Origin: an archaeon
GTDB taxonomy: Archaea; Methanobacteriota_B; Thermococci; Methanofastidiosales; NM3
Reading direction: 5' to 3'
DNA: 64,000 nt
NCBI GenBank assembly: GCA_004212155.1
Contig: RXIG01000019.1
Coordinates: 1-64,000, forward strand
Made by a program: the position numbers and the translations under genes
The notes under the pieces: model-generated
Told to the model about the DNA's origin: nothing
Seen by the model: the letters and a program-made list of their open reading frames with translations, nothing else
Databases searched by the model: none
Part shown: positions 9,384 through 20,522 of the stretch, one piece after another
How the letters are laid out: each line of letters opens with the position of its first letter
Numbering within the stretch: position 1 is the stretch's first letter

Positions 9384-9668
9384 ATGTGCGATACATTTCT
9401 TCGAAATATGATAAATCTTTCGTTTTTTCAGAAGAAGACAAAAATGATACATTGTATCCATGACGAGTAACTAGGATCTCACAAAGAGATGCACACCCCA
9501 CGCATTCATGCCACACGGGATGTCGATCCACACGATGCGTGAAAAGGGATCGTGGTTGCTGCGGCATCGGGCTCGTATCACTCTGTGACCGTAGTGTGTG
9601 CAATCCGTCGTGTGTGACGATTAAGAAATCCTTTTATATGAACGTATAATAAGATATGTGGTGATTAG

Positions 9669-9986
9669 ATGATTATAACGACCACGTTCACCGTGCCAGG
9701 GAAAGAGATAGATGAGGTCATCGGCATTGTTCGGGGAAATACGATCCGTGCAAAACATCTCGGAAAGGATATTGTTGCAGGTTTCAGGAATCTCGTAGGC
9801 GGAGAACTCAAGGAATACACTGAAATGATCACGGAAGCCAGGGACGAGGCGATTCAGCGCATGCTCGAGGACGCAGAGAAGATGGACGCAGATGCCGTCG
9901 TCGGTGTGCGTATGATGACGTCACAGGTTGCAACGGGTGCGGCCGAGATTCTCGTATATGGTACGGCGGTACGCCTAAAGGAGTAG
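9669..9986 (+). CDS. YbjQ/UPF0145 family protein
   Basis: TTTFTVPGKEI, VGGELKEYTEM, AREA-like motif, YGTAV. Confidence 0.92.
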   Translation: MIITTTFTVPGKEIDEVIGIVRGNTIRAKHLGKDIVAGFRNLVGGELKEYTEMITEARDEAIQRMLEDAEKMDADAVVGVRMMTSQVATGAAEILVYGTAVRLKE

Positions 9987-9990
9987 TAGC

Positions 9991-10203
9991 ATGGACGAAA
10001 TAGTGGCCCGTTGGCTCCTTTTGACAGCGATTTTCCTGGGAGGGGAGATACTCATAAGAACGTACTATCTCCTTGGGCCCACGTCAGGGAGCCTTGTCAG
10101 CGCCGTTGCGGCGCATCTTGAGTTTCCATTCTGGAGCCAATGGGCGCTCTTCTTCTTCATCGCAATGATCTTTATCGTGTTGACGAGGGAGCTAAAGAAA
10201 TAG
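9991..10203 (+). CDS. Small two-TM membrane protein
   Basis: 70 aa, two hydrophobic helices, immediately downstream of ybjQ. Confidence 0.6.
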   Translation: MDEIVARWLLLTAIFLGGEILIRTYYLLGPTSGSLVSAVAAHLEFPFWSQWALFFFIAMIFIVLTRELKK

Positions 10204-10204
10204 C

Positions 10205-10759
10205 TCAGTCTTTTTTCATGGAGCTGTACCCTCGTGCAAGTGAGCAGTTTACCTCGACCACCTCTGCGTTGAATCCTTTCAGGTCCTCAGGCACTTCGGG
10301 CAAGCCGTCTGCTTGTGCCTGTGATGAGATCACTGTGGATGGTGCTACATATCGCCCTTCATCGATGGTAACGCCGCTTACGGTCGCGTTGTGCCCAATG
10401 AAGGCTCGCGGTCCGACGCGTGATGATGCCACAACGGCACCGAATCCCACGAACGCCCCCTCACCGATTGTTACGGGCCCATGAACGATGGCGCAGTGGG
10501 CTAGCGACACCTTGTTGCCAATGATCACTTCTCCGCCTTTGAGGCAGTGAATGACAACGTTGTCCTGTACATTGGATTCGTCCCCTATGACGATCCGCTC
10601 GCCCTCATCAGAGCGTATGCTCGCGCCCGGTGCCACGTTGATGTGGCGCCCCAGCGTCACGTTGCCAATGACACTCGCCGTGGGAGCGACTGAAGACGAA
10701 TCATCGATCGTAGGATATGCTGACTCTTTCCATGAAGTTTTCGGGTTCTTCCCTATCAT
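10205..10759 (-). CDS. Gamma-class carbonic anhydrase (Cam-like)
   Basis: Hexapeptide repeats; IRSDEG, SNVQDNVVIH, SLAHCAIVHGP metal ligands; start MIGKNP. Confidence 0.88.
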   Translation of the reverse strand: MIGKNPKTSWKESAYPTIDDSSSVAPTASVIGNVTLGRHINVAPGASIRSDEGERIVIGDESNVQDNVVIHCLKGGEVIIGNKVSLAHCAIVHGPVTIGEGAFVGFGAVVASSRVGPRAFIGHNATVSGVTIDEGRYVAPSTVISSQAQADGLPEVPEDLKGFNAEVVEVNCSLARGYSSMKKD

Positions 10760-10868
10760 TTCATTCACCCACCATAACGAATGAACACGTATTCTTAAAC
10801 GTTCGTGCGCAGCGTGCACGTTGGCTTTTTGAAGAAAAATCCTTATTATCGTGCGACGAGTGATTGTC

Positions 10869-11633
10869 ATGGATATTGCAAACAAGGTCGCTGAGCTGAT
10901 GCGTTCCTCATCGCATGTCGTGGCGCTCACCGGCGCAGGCATATCCACAGGGTCGGGCATACCGGATTACAGGGGCTCCCGCGGCATCTGGACCAAGGAC
11001 CCATCCGCTGAAGAACGTGCATACGATGCATATCGTGTCTTTACCAAGGACCCTGTGAGGTACTGGAGTGAGGGGTATGGCACGCACCCCCTCTATGACG
11101 ACTTCGTGTCCTCACGGCCAAACCGCGGTCACCTTTCGCTCGCACGGCTTGAACGCATGGGTATCGTGCAGTGCACGATCACGCAAAACATCGATGACCT
11201 GCACAGAAGAGCGGGCAGCAACTCCCTCATAGAATACCACGGTAATGCCATGATGCTTCGGTGCGTAGCGTGTCGCGCGCGCGAACGCCGCGATCGTCAC
11301 GAGTCAACAATCGATGCGAAAAGACCCCCCCTCTGCCCCTCATGCGGTGCGCCCATGAAATCAGATGTGGTGCATTTTGGAGAGCCCATCCCTGCCGACA
11401 CCGTTGAAAAGAGCCATGAAGAGATGGCCAAGGCCGACATGCTTCTCATATGCGGGACCTCTGCTGTCGTGCATCCGTTCGCCTCGCTCCCCCTTCTGGC
11501 GCGCAGACACCATGGGAATGCCGTGACGATGGTGGAGATCAATCATTCCGATACACCGCTTTCAACCATGGTGGATTATCCCATACGGGCCTCGACAAGC
11601 GACACGCTCGAGGCGATCGCATCACTTATATGA
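10869..11633 (+). CDS. cobB: Sir2/CobB NAD-dependent protein deacylase
   Basis: LTGAGISTGSGIPDYRG, TQNIDDLH, HGN, two CxxC, VVHFGE, GTS. Confidence 0.9.
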   Translation: MDIANKVAELMRSSSHVVALTGAGISTGSGIPDYRGSRGIWTKDPSAEERAYDAYRVFTKDPVRYWSEGYGTHPLYDDFVSSRPNRGHLSLARLERMGIVQCTITQNIDDLHRRAGSNSLIEYHGNAMMLRCVACRARERRDRHESTIDAKRPPLCPSCGAPMKSDVVHFGEPIPADTVEKSHEEMAKADMLLICGTSAVVHPFASLPLLARRHHGNAVTMVEINHSDTPLSTMVDYPIRASTSDTLEAIASLI

Positions 11634-11649
11634 ACAAGAACTTCGGCGA

Positions 11650-12615
11650 TTATACAACATCCTTTGCAAGGGAACACGAGATGCCGTAACGCTCGATGCA
11701 TTCGATGCACTGCTCATCATCGCACAGCTCGGTGCTCAAGTATCGTTCGCCGCCATCGGGCATGATGGCCACGATCGTGCCCTCATCCATACCTTGTGCC
11801 ACGTCAAGCGCAGCAGATAGTATGGCGCCCGAACTAGGTCCGCAAAACAATCCCTCGCGCAGTGCAAACAATCGCGCCGCGTCCTCGGCATCCCTCAAGG
11901 AGACGCGCACCCTCCTGTCGATCATCCGCGGGTCGTATATCGAAGGGATGTACGAGACATCAAGATTCTTCAATCCGGGTATCGGGTCATCGGGGTACGG
12001 TTCGACCCCTATCGTCTCGATCGCAGGGTCAAGCTCCTTGAGGCGCCGTGAAACGCCCATGAGCGTGCCCGTGGTGCCCATGCCACCGACGAAGTGGGTC
12101 ACATCGCCATGCGTATCGTCCCATATCTCCATTCCTGTTGCACTGTAATGGGCATCGATGTTACACGCGTTGCCAAACTGATTCGGCGCGAAGTATTTAG
12201 AAGGCGATTGTCGTACGATCTCGTCCACAAGGTCTTGCGCCCCGTTCATGCCCTTTGCCCCATCGGTAAGGATGACCTTGGTCCCAAACATGATCAGTGT
12301 CTTCCTGCGTTCAATCGACATCGTGTCGGGCATGACGATCTCGCAAGGATATCCCTTGACCGCACAGACCCATGCTATGCCAATGCCTGTGTTGCCGCTT
12401 GAGGCCTCGATGACGGTCATGCCGGGTTTCAGGGCGCCAATTCTCTCAGCATGCTCGATCATGTGCTTTGCTATCCTGTCCTTTATCGAGCCGCCCGGAT
12501 TCATCTTCTCAAGTTTCACATAGAGCGTGACCCCGCTAGGCGTGGTGAGGTTGTTAACCCTGAGCATGGGTGTCTTTCCAATAAGATCAAGTGCTGAGTT
12601 CACGATCATTGCCAT
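11650..12615 (-). CDS. PLP-dependent cysteine synthase (CysK/CysM family)
   Basis: KLEKMNPGGSIKDRIA, EASSGNTGI, GMGTTGT, GPSSGA, DGGERYLS. Confidence 0.92.
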   Translation of the reverse strand: MAMIVNSALDLIGKTPMLRVNNLTTPSGVTLYVKLEKMNPGGSIKDRIAKHMIEHAERIGALKPGMTVIEASSGNTGIGIAWVCAVKGYPCEIVMPDTMSIERRKTLIMFGTKVILTDGAKGMNGAQDLVDEIVRQSPSKYFAPNQFGNACNIDAHYSATGMEIWDDTHGDVTHFVGGMGTTGTLMGVSRRLKELDPAIETIGVEPYPDDPIPGLKNLDVSYIPSIYDPRMIDRRVRVSLRDAEDAARLFALREGLFCGPSSGAILSAALDVAQGMDEGTIVAIMPDGGERYLSTELCDDEQCIECIERYGISCSLAKDVV

Positions 12616-12735
12616 TCACAACCCCAGCTTCCGGTATGTGTTAATAAACATTGTGTGGAAGGAACTCACAAAATGTCGTAATCATCTGGCACACCCCATA
12701 ATAAGTCTTAAAAACACTTTTGTCATCGTAGCACT

Positions 12736-14106
12736 ATGCGCTCGGTGTCCAAGGACCAGATCCTCCACGGCCCCATCGTACGGGTGCTGTTCCTGCTCGG
12801 ATGGCCCATCATGGTCTCAAGCTTGTTGGGAACCGCCTACACGCTCGCCGATACGTTCTGGCTTGGACGGCTAGACGATGCGCGCAACGCCGTTGCCGCC
12901 CTGCAGATATCCTGGCCCATCATCTTCTTTTTGATATCATTTGCATTCGGCTTCGGCAGTGCCGGCATAGCACTCGTATCACAGTACACGGGAGCGGACA
13001 ACATCGAGGAGGCGGAAAAGTCTGCCGGACAGGTCATCTCGATATCGATGCTCATAGGGACCGCGATAGCGCTTATCGGGTTCTTGATCTCACCGTTCAT
13101 CGTCGGCTCCCTAGGTCTTGAACATGACGTGTCCCTGCTTTCCACAGAGTATATGAGGCTCATATTCTTGGGTCTCCCGTTCATGTTTGGATCGTTCACA
13201 TTCGGATTCATCATGCGGGCGTATGGCGACACGATAACACCAATGCTCGTTGACGGCTTCGCAGTAACGCTCAACATCATCCTCGACCCCCTCCTCATAT
13301 TCGGCATCGGTCCCTTTCCCGAGATGGGCATTGCAGGTGCGGCCTTGGCAACGGTCCTCACGCAGTCATGCGCCACGCTCATTGCGCTCTATCTGCTCTT
13401 TGCTGGACGCGTTGGCCTAAAGCTTGCGCCACATCATCTCAAGCTCGAGAGAGCCAAGGTGCGAAAGATACTCCATATCGGGCTTCCCGCCTCCGTCGGT
13501 CAATCCGCCACAGGATTTGGGTTTTTCATCCTCATGTATGTCATCGCAATGCTTCCCAACGATACCATTGCCCTGGCGGCGTACGGAATAGGGGACAGGG
13601 TGGTCAATCTCATCTTCATTGCGATCAACGGGTTGAGTGCGGGCATCAGCACCGTGCTGGGACAGAGCCTTGGGGCACAGGATACGCGACGCGCAGAGGA
13701 ATCGGTGCGCAAGGGCACGACAGTGATGTTTGCCATCCTCGTGACGTGCGCGGTGCTCGTCTACATCTTCCGCGGCACGATCGTATCGTTTTTCATATCG
13801 GATGCGGAGGTGATCGCCGAAGGTAAGGCATTCCTCTCATACTTCCTCATCGGGATCCCGTTCTTTGGCCTGTTTAGCGGCATCAACGCAGCGTTTCGTG
13901 GGTCGGGACACAACGTGCCGTCGATGATCATCGAATCATCCCGATTATGGGTGTTGCGCATACCCCTGGCCTATATCTTTGGGATAACCCTGGGGTACGG
14001 TGCGGCAGGCATATGGATCGGCATGGCGCTAAGCAACGTGATAGGGTCTGCGTTCGCGGTCGCGTACTTCAAGACAGGCATATGGAAGGAGCGCGTCATT
14101 GACTAG
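12736..14106 (+). CDS. MATE family efflux transporter
   Basis: About 12 TM helices; ADTFWLGRL, NIILDPLLIFG...MGIAGAALAT. Confidence 0.92.
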   Translation: MRSVSKDQILHGPIVRVLFLLGWPIMVSSLLGTAYTLADTFWLGRLDDARNAVAALQISWPIIFFLISFAFGFGSAGIALVSQYTGADNIEEAEKSAGQVISISMLIGTAIALIGFLISPFIVGSLGLEHDVSLLSTEYMRLIFLGLPFMFGSFTFGFIMRAYGDTITPMLVDGFAVTLNIILDPLLIFGIGPFPEMGIAGAALATVLTQSCATLIALYLLFAGRVGLKLAPHHLKLERAKVRKILHIGLPASVGQSATGFGFFILMYVIAMLPNDTIALAAYGIGDRVVNLIFIAINGLSAGISTVLGQSLGAQDTRRAEESVRKGTTVMFAILVTCAVLVYIFRGTIVSFFISDAEVIAEGKAFLSYFLIGIPFFGLFSGINAAFRGSGHNVPSMIIESSRLWVLRIPLAYIFGITLGYGAAGIWIGMALSNVIGSAFAVAYFKTGIWKERVID

Positions 14107-16051
14107 AATGCAGCTCCTTTTTAAGCTTCGAGACCCTGTCGCGCAACAGGATGGCCCGCTCGAAGTCGAGGTCCTCGGCAGCCTTGCGCATCGTGTCCTC
14201 AAGCTCTTCGATCACTGCGGGAAGCTCGTTTCGTGGCACGCCCTTGACGTCGGGCACATCGCCAGCCTTTTTCTCAATCGACTTGTAGATCGTCTCGGGC
14301 TCGATGCCGTGCTTCTCGTTGAACGCCGCCTGGATGGCGCGCCTCCTGTTCGTCTCATCGATCGCACGACGGATCGACCTCGTCTCCTCATCCATGTAGA
14401 GGATGACCTTTGAGGCCACATTGCGTGCCGCCCTGCCTACGATCTGTATGATCGAGGTCTCGTTCCTGAGGAATCCCTCCTTGTCGGCATCGAGGATTGC
14501 TACGAGGGCGACCTCGGGTATGTCGATGCCCTCACGCAACAGGTTGATGCCGACTAGGACGTCAAACGTGCCAAGCCGGAGCTGGCGTATGAGCTCTGAG
14601 CGGGTAAGCGTGTCGATCTCTGAGTGCAGATAGCGCACCTTGATCTTGTGTTCGCTCAGGTATTCGGTAAGCTCCTCTGCCATGCGCTTTGTGAGGGTGG
14701 TCACGAGCACGCGAAAGCCTGCCTCAGTCGTCGCGCGGATCTCTTCGATGAGGTCGGTGATCTGCCCCTTTGTGGGACGGGTAACGATCGGGGGGTCGAC
14801 AAGGCCTGTTGGACGAATGATCTGCTCTACGATGGCATCCGACGTTGAGTACTCATACCGGGCAGGGGTGGCCGACACGAACAAGACATTGTTCATGTAG
14901 CGCTCGAACTCGGGAAACGTGAGGGGCCGATTGTCAAACGCCGATGGCAGCCTGAATCCGTATGCGACGAGTGCCTTCTTACGGGACCTATCGCCGTTGT
15001 ACATGCCATGTACTTGGGGGATCGCCTGGTGCGACTCGTCAATGACCATGAGGAAGTCGTCGGGGAAGTAGTCAAGCAGGCAGTACGGGGGGTCGCCTGT
15101 CTTCCTGCCGTCAAAGTGAATGGAGTAGTTCTCTATGCCCTTGCAATAGCCCAGCTCCTCGATCATCTCAACGTCGTAGTTGACGCGTGTCTTGAGACGA
15201 TGTGCGATGAGCGGGTCATCAATGGTTGGAAGCACTGAGGCAAGCTCTTTTCGTATCGACGAGATGGCGCGCTGTTTGGAGTCCTCATCAACGGCAAAGT
15301 GCCGTGCGGGGAAGAGATAGTAGTAGTCGAGACGCTCCTTTTCCGTAAGGTCGTATCGGTCGAGCACGCAGATCCTGTCGATCTCATCGCCGAAAAGCTC
15401 GATGCGAACGATGTCGTCCATGTATGCGGGCACAACATCGATGACGTCGCCGCGCACCCTGAACCGTCCGGGAAAGAGTTCATCGTCGTTGCGTTCATAC
15501 TGTTGCTGGACGAGAGAGAGGATGAGGTCGCGGCGTGGGATGCGGGTGCCCACCCGAAGTTCGAGCGAGAGGCGTTCATACGTCTCTGGGTTGCCCAGGC
15601 TGTAGATGCATGAAACAGACGACACGACGATGACGTCGCGGCGCGTGAGCAGTGCCTCGGTGGCAGAGATCCGCATCTGTTCGATCTTTTGATTGATGGA
15701 GGCGTCCTTCTCGATGTAGGTATCGGTCGAGGGAAGGTACGACTCGGGTTGGTAGTAGTCGTAATAGGAAACGAAGTATTCGACCCTGTTATCTGGAAAA
15801 AACGATGTGAACTCCCTGTAGAGCTGGGCCGCAAGCGTCTTGTTGTGAGCAAGGACGAGCGTTGGTTTCTGGAGCTGCTCGATGACATGCGAGACGGTAA
15901 ACGTCTTGCCGCTGCCCGTCACGCCGAGGAGGACCTGTCGGTCCAATCCCTTGTTGAAGCCCTCAACCAGCGACCGGATCGCCTTGGGTTGGTCTCCCCG
16001 TGGCTCAAACGACGATCTAACGTCGAATCGTTTACCTGTTTGATCATTCAT
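14096..16051 (-). CDS. uvrB: Excinuclease ABC subunit B
   Basis: GVTGSGKT, AHNKTLAAQL, FVSYYDYYQPE, DESH, SATP, GINLLREG, C-terminal UVR domain. Confidence 0.97.
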   Translation of the reverse strand: MNDQTGKRFDVRSSFEPRGDQPKAIRSLVEGFNKGLDRQVLLGVTGSGKTFTVSHVIEQLQKPTLVLAHNKTLAAQLYREFTSFFPDNRVEYFVSYYDYYQPESYLPSTDTYIEKDASINQKIEQMRISATEALLTRRDVIVVSSVSCIYSLGNPETYERLSLELRVGTRIPRRDLILSLVQQQYERNDDELFPGRFRVRGDVIDVVPAYMDDIVRIELFGDEIDRICVLDRYDLTEKERLDYYYLFPARHFAVDEDSKQRAISSIRKELASVLPTIDDPLIAHRLKTRVNYDVEMIEELGYCKGIENYSIHFDGRKTGDPPYCLLDYFPDDFLMVIDESHQAIPQVHGMYNGDRSRKKALVAYGFRLPSAFDNRPLTFPEFERYMNNVLFVSATPARYEYSTSDAIVEQIIRPTGLVDPPIVTRPTKGQITDLIEEIRATTEAGFRVLVTTLTKRMAEELTEYLSEHKIKVRYLHSEIDTLTRSELIRQLRLGTFDVLVGINLLREGIDIPEVALVAILDADKEGFLRNETSIIQIVGRAARNVASKVILYMDEETRSIRRAIDETNRRRAIQAAFNEKHGIEPETIYKSIEKKAGDVPDVKGVPRNELPAVIEELEDTMRKAAEDLDFERAILLRDRVSKLKKELHSSQ

Positions 16052-17603
16052 CTGTCATACCCTTTGTTCGAAGCAGCGTGTGATATGAGATGGCAAATCG
16101 GTGTGCCTCATCCCGGATTTGAATGAGCAGTCTCAACCCTTTAGAATGTTTCGGAAGCACGATGGGGTCCTCCCGTTCCCGAACGAAGAGTTCCTCCTCG
16201 CGCTTGGCGATCGCCACGAGCGGCAGGTCCACACCAAGCTCGCACAGTGCTTCGGCAGCGGCATTGAGCTGTCCCCTCCCTCCATCGATCACGACCAGGT
16301 CGGGTAGCGCTGACCCATCGTCCCTAAGCTTCCGGTAGCGACGCCACACGACCTCGTGCAGTGCGGCATAATCGTCGATCCCCTCTACCGTACGTATGCG
16401 GTACCGTCTGTAGCCAGATGGCTCCTTCACCCCATGCTTGAACTGCACGGAAGACCCCACCATGTAGCGGCCGCTTATGTGGGATACGTCAAAACATTCG
16501 ATACATGCGGGAAGTGTGGGAAGGTCGAGCCGTTGGCGAAGGTCCTCCATCATCTGGCGGCGCAAAAGGAAGTGAGTCTCGATGTTGCGCTTGACAAGGT
16601 CGAGCAGCTCCTTCTTGCGCCCGCGCTTGGCAAACGTGATATAGACCTTTGAACCGTGCAGCTCGCCCAGGTAATCGGCGATGGCGTCGTCTTTGGGCGC
16701 GTGGGGCACCACCACCTCCTTGGGAACCACGGTATCGGCATAATACTGTACGATGAACTCATCGAGAAACGCCTCGTCGTTGGCGGTGAACTGAAAGTCG
16801 TCCTTTGTCGTCATCACGCCACGTTTGATGTGAAATACCATAAGGTATACTGTGTCATCCTCGCGCACGTAGTTGATGATGTCCTCATCATGGTCGACCG
16901 TCCGCTCCATCTGCTGACGCTCGTGAAGCGAGGCAAGCGATGCGATCTGGTCCCGCAGCACAAGTGCCTTCTCATAGGCCTCGTTTGATGCATGTTCGTG
17001 CATCTCTTCGGTAAGTTCCGTTATGAGGTCGTCCACCTTCCCATTGAGGAACGTTTCTATCTGCCTGATGCGCCGCCCATACTCCTCCTCCGATATCGCA
17101 CTGGAACACGGGGCTGAGCACGTGCGGATGTGGGCACGCAGGCAAGGGCGTTTCTTCATTCTGTTGCAGCGGCGTATGCCAAACGCCGAACGGAGCGCAT
17201 GGACGATGTTGTCGCGCGCCTCCCCGTTGACGAACGGGCCGAAGTACTTGCCCTTGCGCGTCTTGTCGCGCACGACAAGCAAGCGAGGGAAGTGTTCCTC
17301 GGTGATGAGGATGTATGCATACCGTTGCGACTCTTTGAGGTCGATGTTGAATCGCGGGCGGTATTGCTTGATAAGGGTGCTTTCGAGGATGAGCGCCTCG
17401 ACCTCGCTCGAGGTGACGATGTAGTCGAGCGAGTCGATCTCGGATACGAGCAGTGCGGTCTTCGGGTCGTCCTGCGTGGAGGAGAAGTACGACCGTACCC
17501 TAGCGCGCAATGCCTTTGCCTTCCCCACATAGATGACCTCTCCGGAATCGTTCTTGAAGAGGTAGCAACCCGGTTCGATAGGCAGGTCTTCAACTTGTAC
17601 CAT
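16044..17603 (-). CDS. uvrC: Excinuclease ABC subunit C
   Basis: GIY-YIG domain (PGCYLF..IYVGKAK), UVR domain, [23 protein letters not shown]; start MVQVED. Confidence 0.95.
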   Translation of the reverse strand: MVQVEDLPIEPGCYLFKNDSGEVIYVGKAKALRARVRSYFSSTQDDPKTALLVSEIDSLDYIVTSSEVEALILESTLIKQYRPRFNIDLKESQRYAYILITEEHFPRLLVVRDKTRKGKYFGPFVNGEARDNIVHALRSAFGIRRCNRMKKRPCLRAHIRTCSAPCSSAISEEEYGRRIRQIETFLNGKVDDLITELTEEMHEHASNEAYEKALVLRDQIASLASLHERQQMERTVDHDEDIINYVREDDTVYLMVFHIKRGVMTTKDDFQFTANDEAFLDEFIVQYYADTVVPKEVVVPHAPKDDAIADYLGELHGSKVYITFAKRGRKKELLDLVKRNIETHFLLRRQMMEDLRQRLDLPTLPACIECFDVSHISGRYMVGSSVQFKHGVKEPSGYRRYRIRTVEGIDDYAALHEVVWRRYRKLRDDGSALPDLVVIDGGRGQLNAAAEALCELGVDLPLVAIAKREEELFVREREDPIVLPKHSKGLRLLIQIRDEAHRFAISYHTLLRTKGMTDE

Positions 17604-20406
17604 GCTGCAACACGTTCTTGAGATATTGTCCCGTATAACTCTTGGCACATCTGACAACATCCTCGGGCGTGCCCGTCACAACGACCATGCCCCCATCCTC
17701 ACCGCCCTCGGGACCTAGGTCGATGATATGGTCGGCAGTCTTTATGACATCGAGATTGTGCTCGATCACGACGACGCTGTTGCCCATGTCAACGAGGCGA
17801 TTCAGCACGTCGAGGAGTTTTTTCACATCATCGAAGTGCATGCCTGTCGTTGGTTCGTCGAGAAGGTAGAGAGTATTGCCAGTCGCTCGCTTCGAGAGCT
17901 CCTTGGTGAGCTTGATGCGCTGTGCCTCGCCGCCAGACAATGTCGTCGACGACTGACCAAGCTTGATGTAGCCAAGCCCCACGTCGCTTAGCGTCTTGAG
18001 CTTGCGCCGTATGGATGGTATATGCTCGAAGAAGACGAGTGCCTCCTCAACGCTCATCTCGAGCACGTCAGCTATCGTCTTTTCCTTGTATGTCACCTCG
18101 AGCGTCTCCCTGTTGAACCGCTTCCCCTTGCACTCCTCGCAGGTCACATAGACATCAGGAAGGAAGTTCATCTCGATCTTGATCAATCCATCCCCGCGAC
18201 ATGCCTCGCATCTTCCCCCCCGGACGTTGAACGAGAACCGTCCCGGTTTGTAGCCGCGCAACTTGCTCTCCTTGGTCTGTGCAAAAAGCGCCCGTATGTC
18301 ATCAAACACCTTGATGTAGGTTGCAGGATTGCTTCGGGGCGTCTTGCCGATGGGAGACTGGTCGATCATTATCACCTTATCCATCTCAGGGGGCGTGATG
18401 ATTTCACGGTGTGCACCAGGGATGTCCTTGCTACGGTAGATGCGCTGCATGAGCGCCTTGTAAAGTATATCATAGACGAGCGTTGACTTGCCACTGCCCG
18501 ACACGCCGGTCACGACGGTAAGCACGCCTGTGGGAATGTCGATGTCGATATCCTGAAGGTTGTGCTCCCGTGCCCCGATGATGCGTATCGGTGCCTGCGG
18601 CTGCCGGCGCTCCGTTGGCGTTTCAATGACGAGCGAGCGCGAGAGGTACCTGCCTGTAAGGGATGCGGGATGTGCCTCGATCTCCTCGGGCGTACCGGCT
18701 GCGACGACGTTACCGCCATGTATGCCTGCTCCGGGGCCCATGTCAACGACATGGTCTGCCTTTCGTATCGTGTCCTCGTCATGCTCGACGACGATAAGGG
18801 TGTTCCCTATGTCTCTAAGGTGGTGCAGCGTCTTGATAAGCAGGTCGTTGTTCCGTTGATGAAGCCCTATGCTTGGCTCATCGAGTATATAGACGACGCC
18901 CATGAGATTCGACCCTATCTGGGTCGCCAGACGGATCCGTTGGGCCTCCCCTCCTGAGAGCGTGCTTGCGGCACGGTCGAGCGTGAGGTACGAGAGGCCC
19001 ACGTCGTTGAGGAACGAGAGGCGGGATGCTATCTCCTTGAGCACCTGTCTGGCGATGTAGCGCTCCTTGTCGGTAAGCTCGAGGGCATCGAAGAACGACA
19101 AGGCATCCTTAATCGAAAGTTCCGTGCACTCGATGATATTCTTACCGTTGATCTTAACGGCAAGCACCTTGTCCTTAAGCCGTTTTCCCTTGCATGCAGG
19201 ACATGGGACAAACCGCATGAAGCGCTCGATCTCGTGGCGTCGGTAATCGGACTGCGTCTGGCGATAGAGGCGCTCAAGCTGCGGGATGACACCTTCAAAC
19301 TCCCTCTTGTACCGTATGTGTGTGTTGTTGTCATCAGAGTCGTAGCGCATGTCAACCTTCTTGCTCGTGCCATAGAGCAAGACGTTGAGCTGTTTCTCTG
19401 TAAGGGTTTCGAGGGGCGTGAAGATGTCGAATCCATAGGCCTTGGCCACACTCGCTATCTGGCGTATCCTCCATCCATCAAACGTTTTCTTGTATGCCCT
19501 GATGGCTCCATCAGCGATTGATAGAGAGCGGTCGGGCACAACGAGCGACGGGTCGATCTCCTCCTTGTAACCAAGTCCGGTGCATGCCTCGCATGCTCCA
19601 AACGGAGAGTTGAACGAGAACATCCGGGGCTGGAGCTCCTCGAAGGTGATATCGCACACAGGGCATGACATCTTGGACGAAAAGAGCCGTTCAGTGTCCT
19701 TGCCCACTACGATAAGAAGGCCGTCCCCGCGTTCAAGTGCGACCTCTACCGCTTCCTGAAGACGCGTTGAATCAGCAGGGTCAAGGCGGTCGACGACGAT
19801 CTCTATGTCGTGCTTGACGTAGCGTTCAAGTGTCACCTGCTCATCGGTGCGCACCATCTCCTTGTCAACGCGCGCCCTTCTGAATCCGTCCTTGTTCAGG
19901 TCCGACAAGAGCTTCTCGTATGTGCCCTTCTTCTGCCGAACGACGGGGGCGAGGATGATGATATCCTGGCCGCGATACGCATCCTCGATCTCACGGGCAA
20001 TGGCATCAGGCGTCTTCCTCTCGATGCGTATGTTGTGGACCGGACAGTACGGTGTGCCGATACGGGCATAAAGAAGGCGCAGATAATCATAGATCTCCGT
20101 TACGGTTCCCACCGTGGAGCGGGGGTTTTTCGATGTCGTCTTCTGTTCTATCGATATCGCAGGGGATAACCCATCTATGGAATCCACGTCTGGTTTGTTC
20201 ATCAGTCCCAGGAACTGCCGTGCGTATGCGGAGAGCGATTCGACGTAGCGTCGTTGTCCCTCTGCATAGATCGTATCGAAGGCAAGCGTCGATTTGCCAG
20301 ACCCCGAAAGGCCGGTGATGACTATGAACTTGTTCCTTGGCAGCGTGACATTGATGTTTTTCAGATTGTGTTCGCGGGCGCCACGGACGACGATGGAATC
20401 TTGCAT
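17590..20406 (-). CDS. uvrA: Excinuclease ABC subunit A
   Basis: GAREHNLKN, two Walker A motifs ([18 protein letters not shown]), LSGGEAQR twice, zinc fingers; start MQDSIV. Confidence 0.97.
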   Translation of the reverse strand: MQDSIVVRGAREHNLKNINVTLPRNKFIVITGLSGSGKSTLAFDTIYAEGQRRYVESLSAYARQFLGLMNKPDVDSIDGLSPAISIEQKTTSKNPRSTVGTVTEIYDYLRLLYARIGTPYCPVHNIRIERKTPDAIAREIEDAYRGQDIIILAPVVRQKKGTYEKLLSDLNKDGFRRARVDKEMVRTDEQVTLERYVKHDIEIVVDRLDPADSTRLQEAVEVALERGDGLLIVVGKDTERLFSSKMSCPVCDITFEELQPRMFSFNSPFGACEACTGLGYKEEIDPSLVVPDRSLSIADGAIRAYKKTFDGWRIRQIASVAKAYGFDIFTPLETLTEKQLNVLLYGTSKKVDMRYDSDDNNTHIRYKREFEGVIPQLERLYRQTQSDYRRHEIERFMRFVPCPACKGKRLKDKVLAVKINGKNIIECTELSIKDALSFFDALELTDKERYIARQVLKEIASRLSFLNDVGLSYLTLDRAASTLSGGEAQRIRLATQIGSNLMGVVYILDEPSIGLHQRNNDLLIKTLHHLRDIGNTLIVVEHDEDTIRKADHVVDMGPGAGIHGGNVVAAGTPEEIEAHPASLTGRYLSRSLVIETPTERRQPQAPIRIIGAREHNLQDIDIDIPTGVLTVVTGVSGSGKSTLVYDILYKALMQRIYRSKDIPGAHREIITPPEMDKVIMIDQSPIGKTPRSNPATYIKVFDDIRALFAQTKESKLRGYKPGRFSFNVRGGRCEACRGDGLIKIEMNFLPDVYVTCEECKGKRFNRETLEVTYKEKTIADVLEMSVEEALVFFEHIPSIRRKLKTLSDVGLGYIKLGQSSTTLSGGEAQRIKLTKELSKRATGNTLYLLDEPTTGMHFDDVKKLLDVLNRLVDMGNSVVVIEHNLDVIKTADHIIDLGPEGGEDGGMVVVTGTPEDVVRCAKSYTGQYLKNVLQHGTS

Positions 20407-20522
20407 ATATCTTGAAGGAAAAGCGAGGACATTTATAAGGGTTATGGAAAGGGAGGAATCCTGATAGAGCAGGTTACACAAACTATATGTATGTAATGAT
20501 ACATATCAGACAATGGGATATC

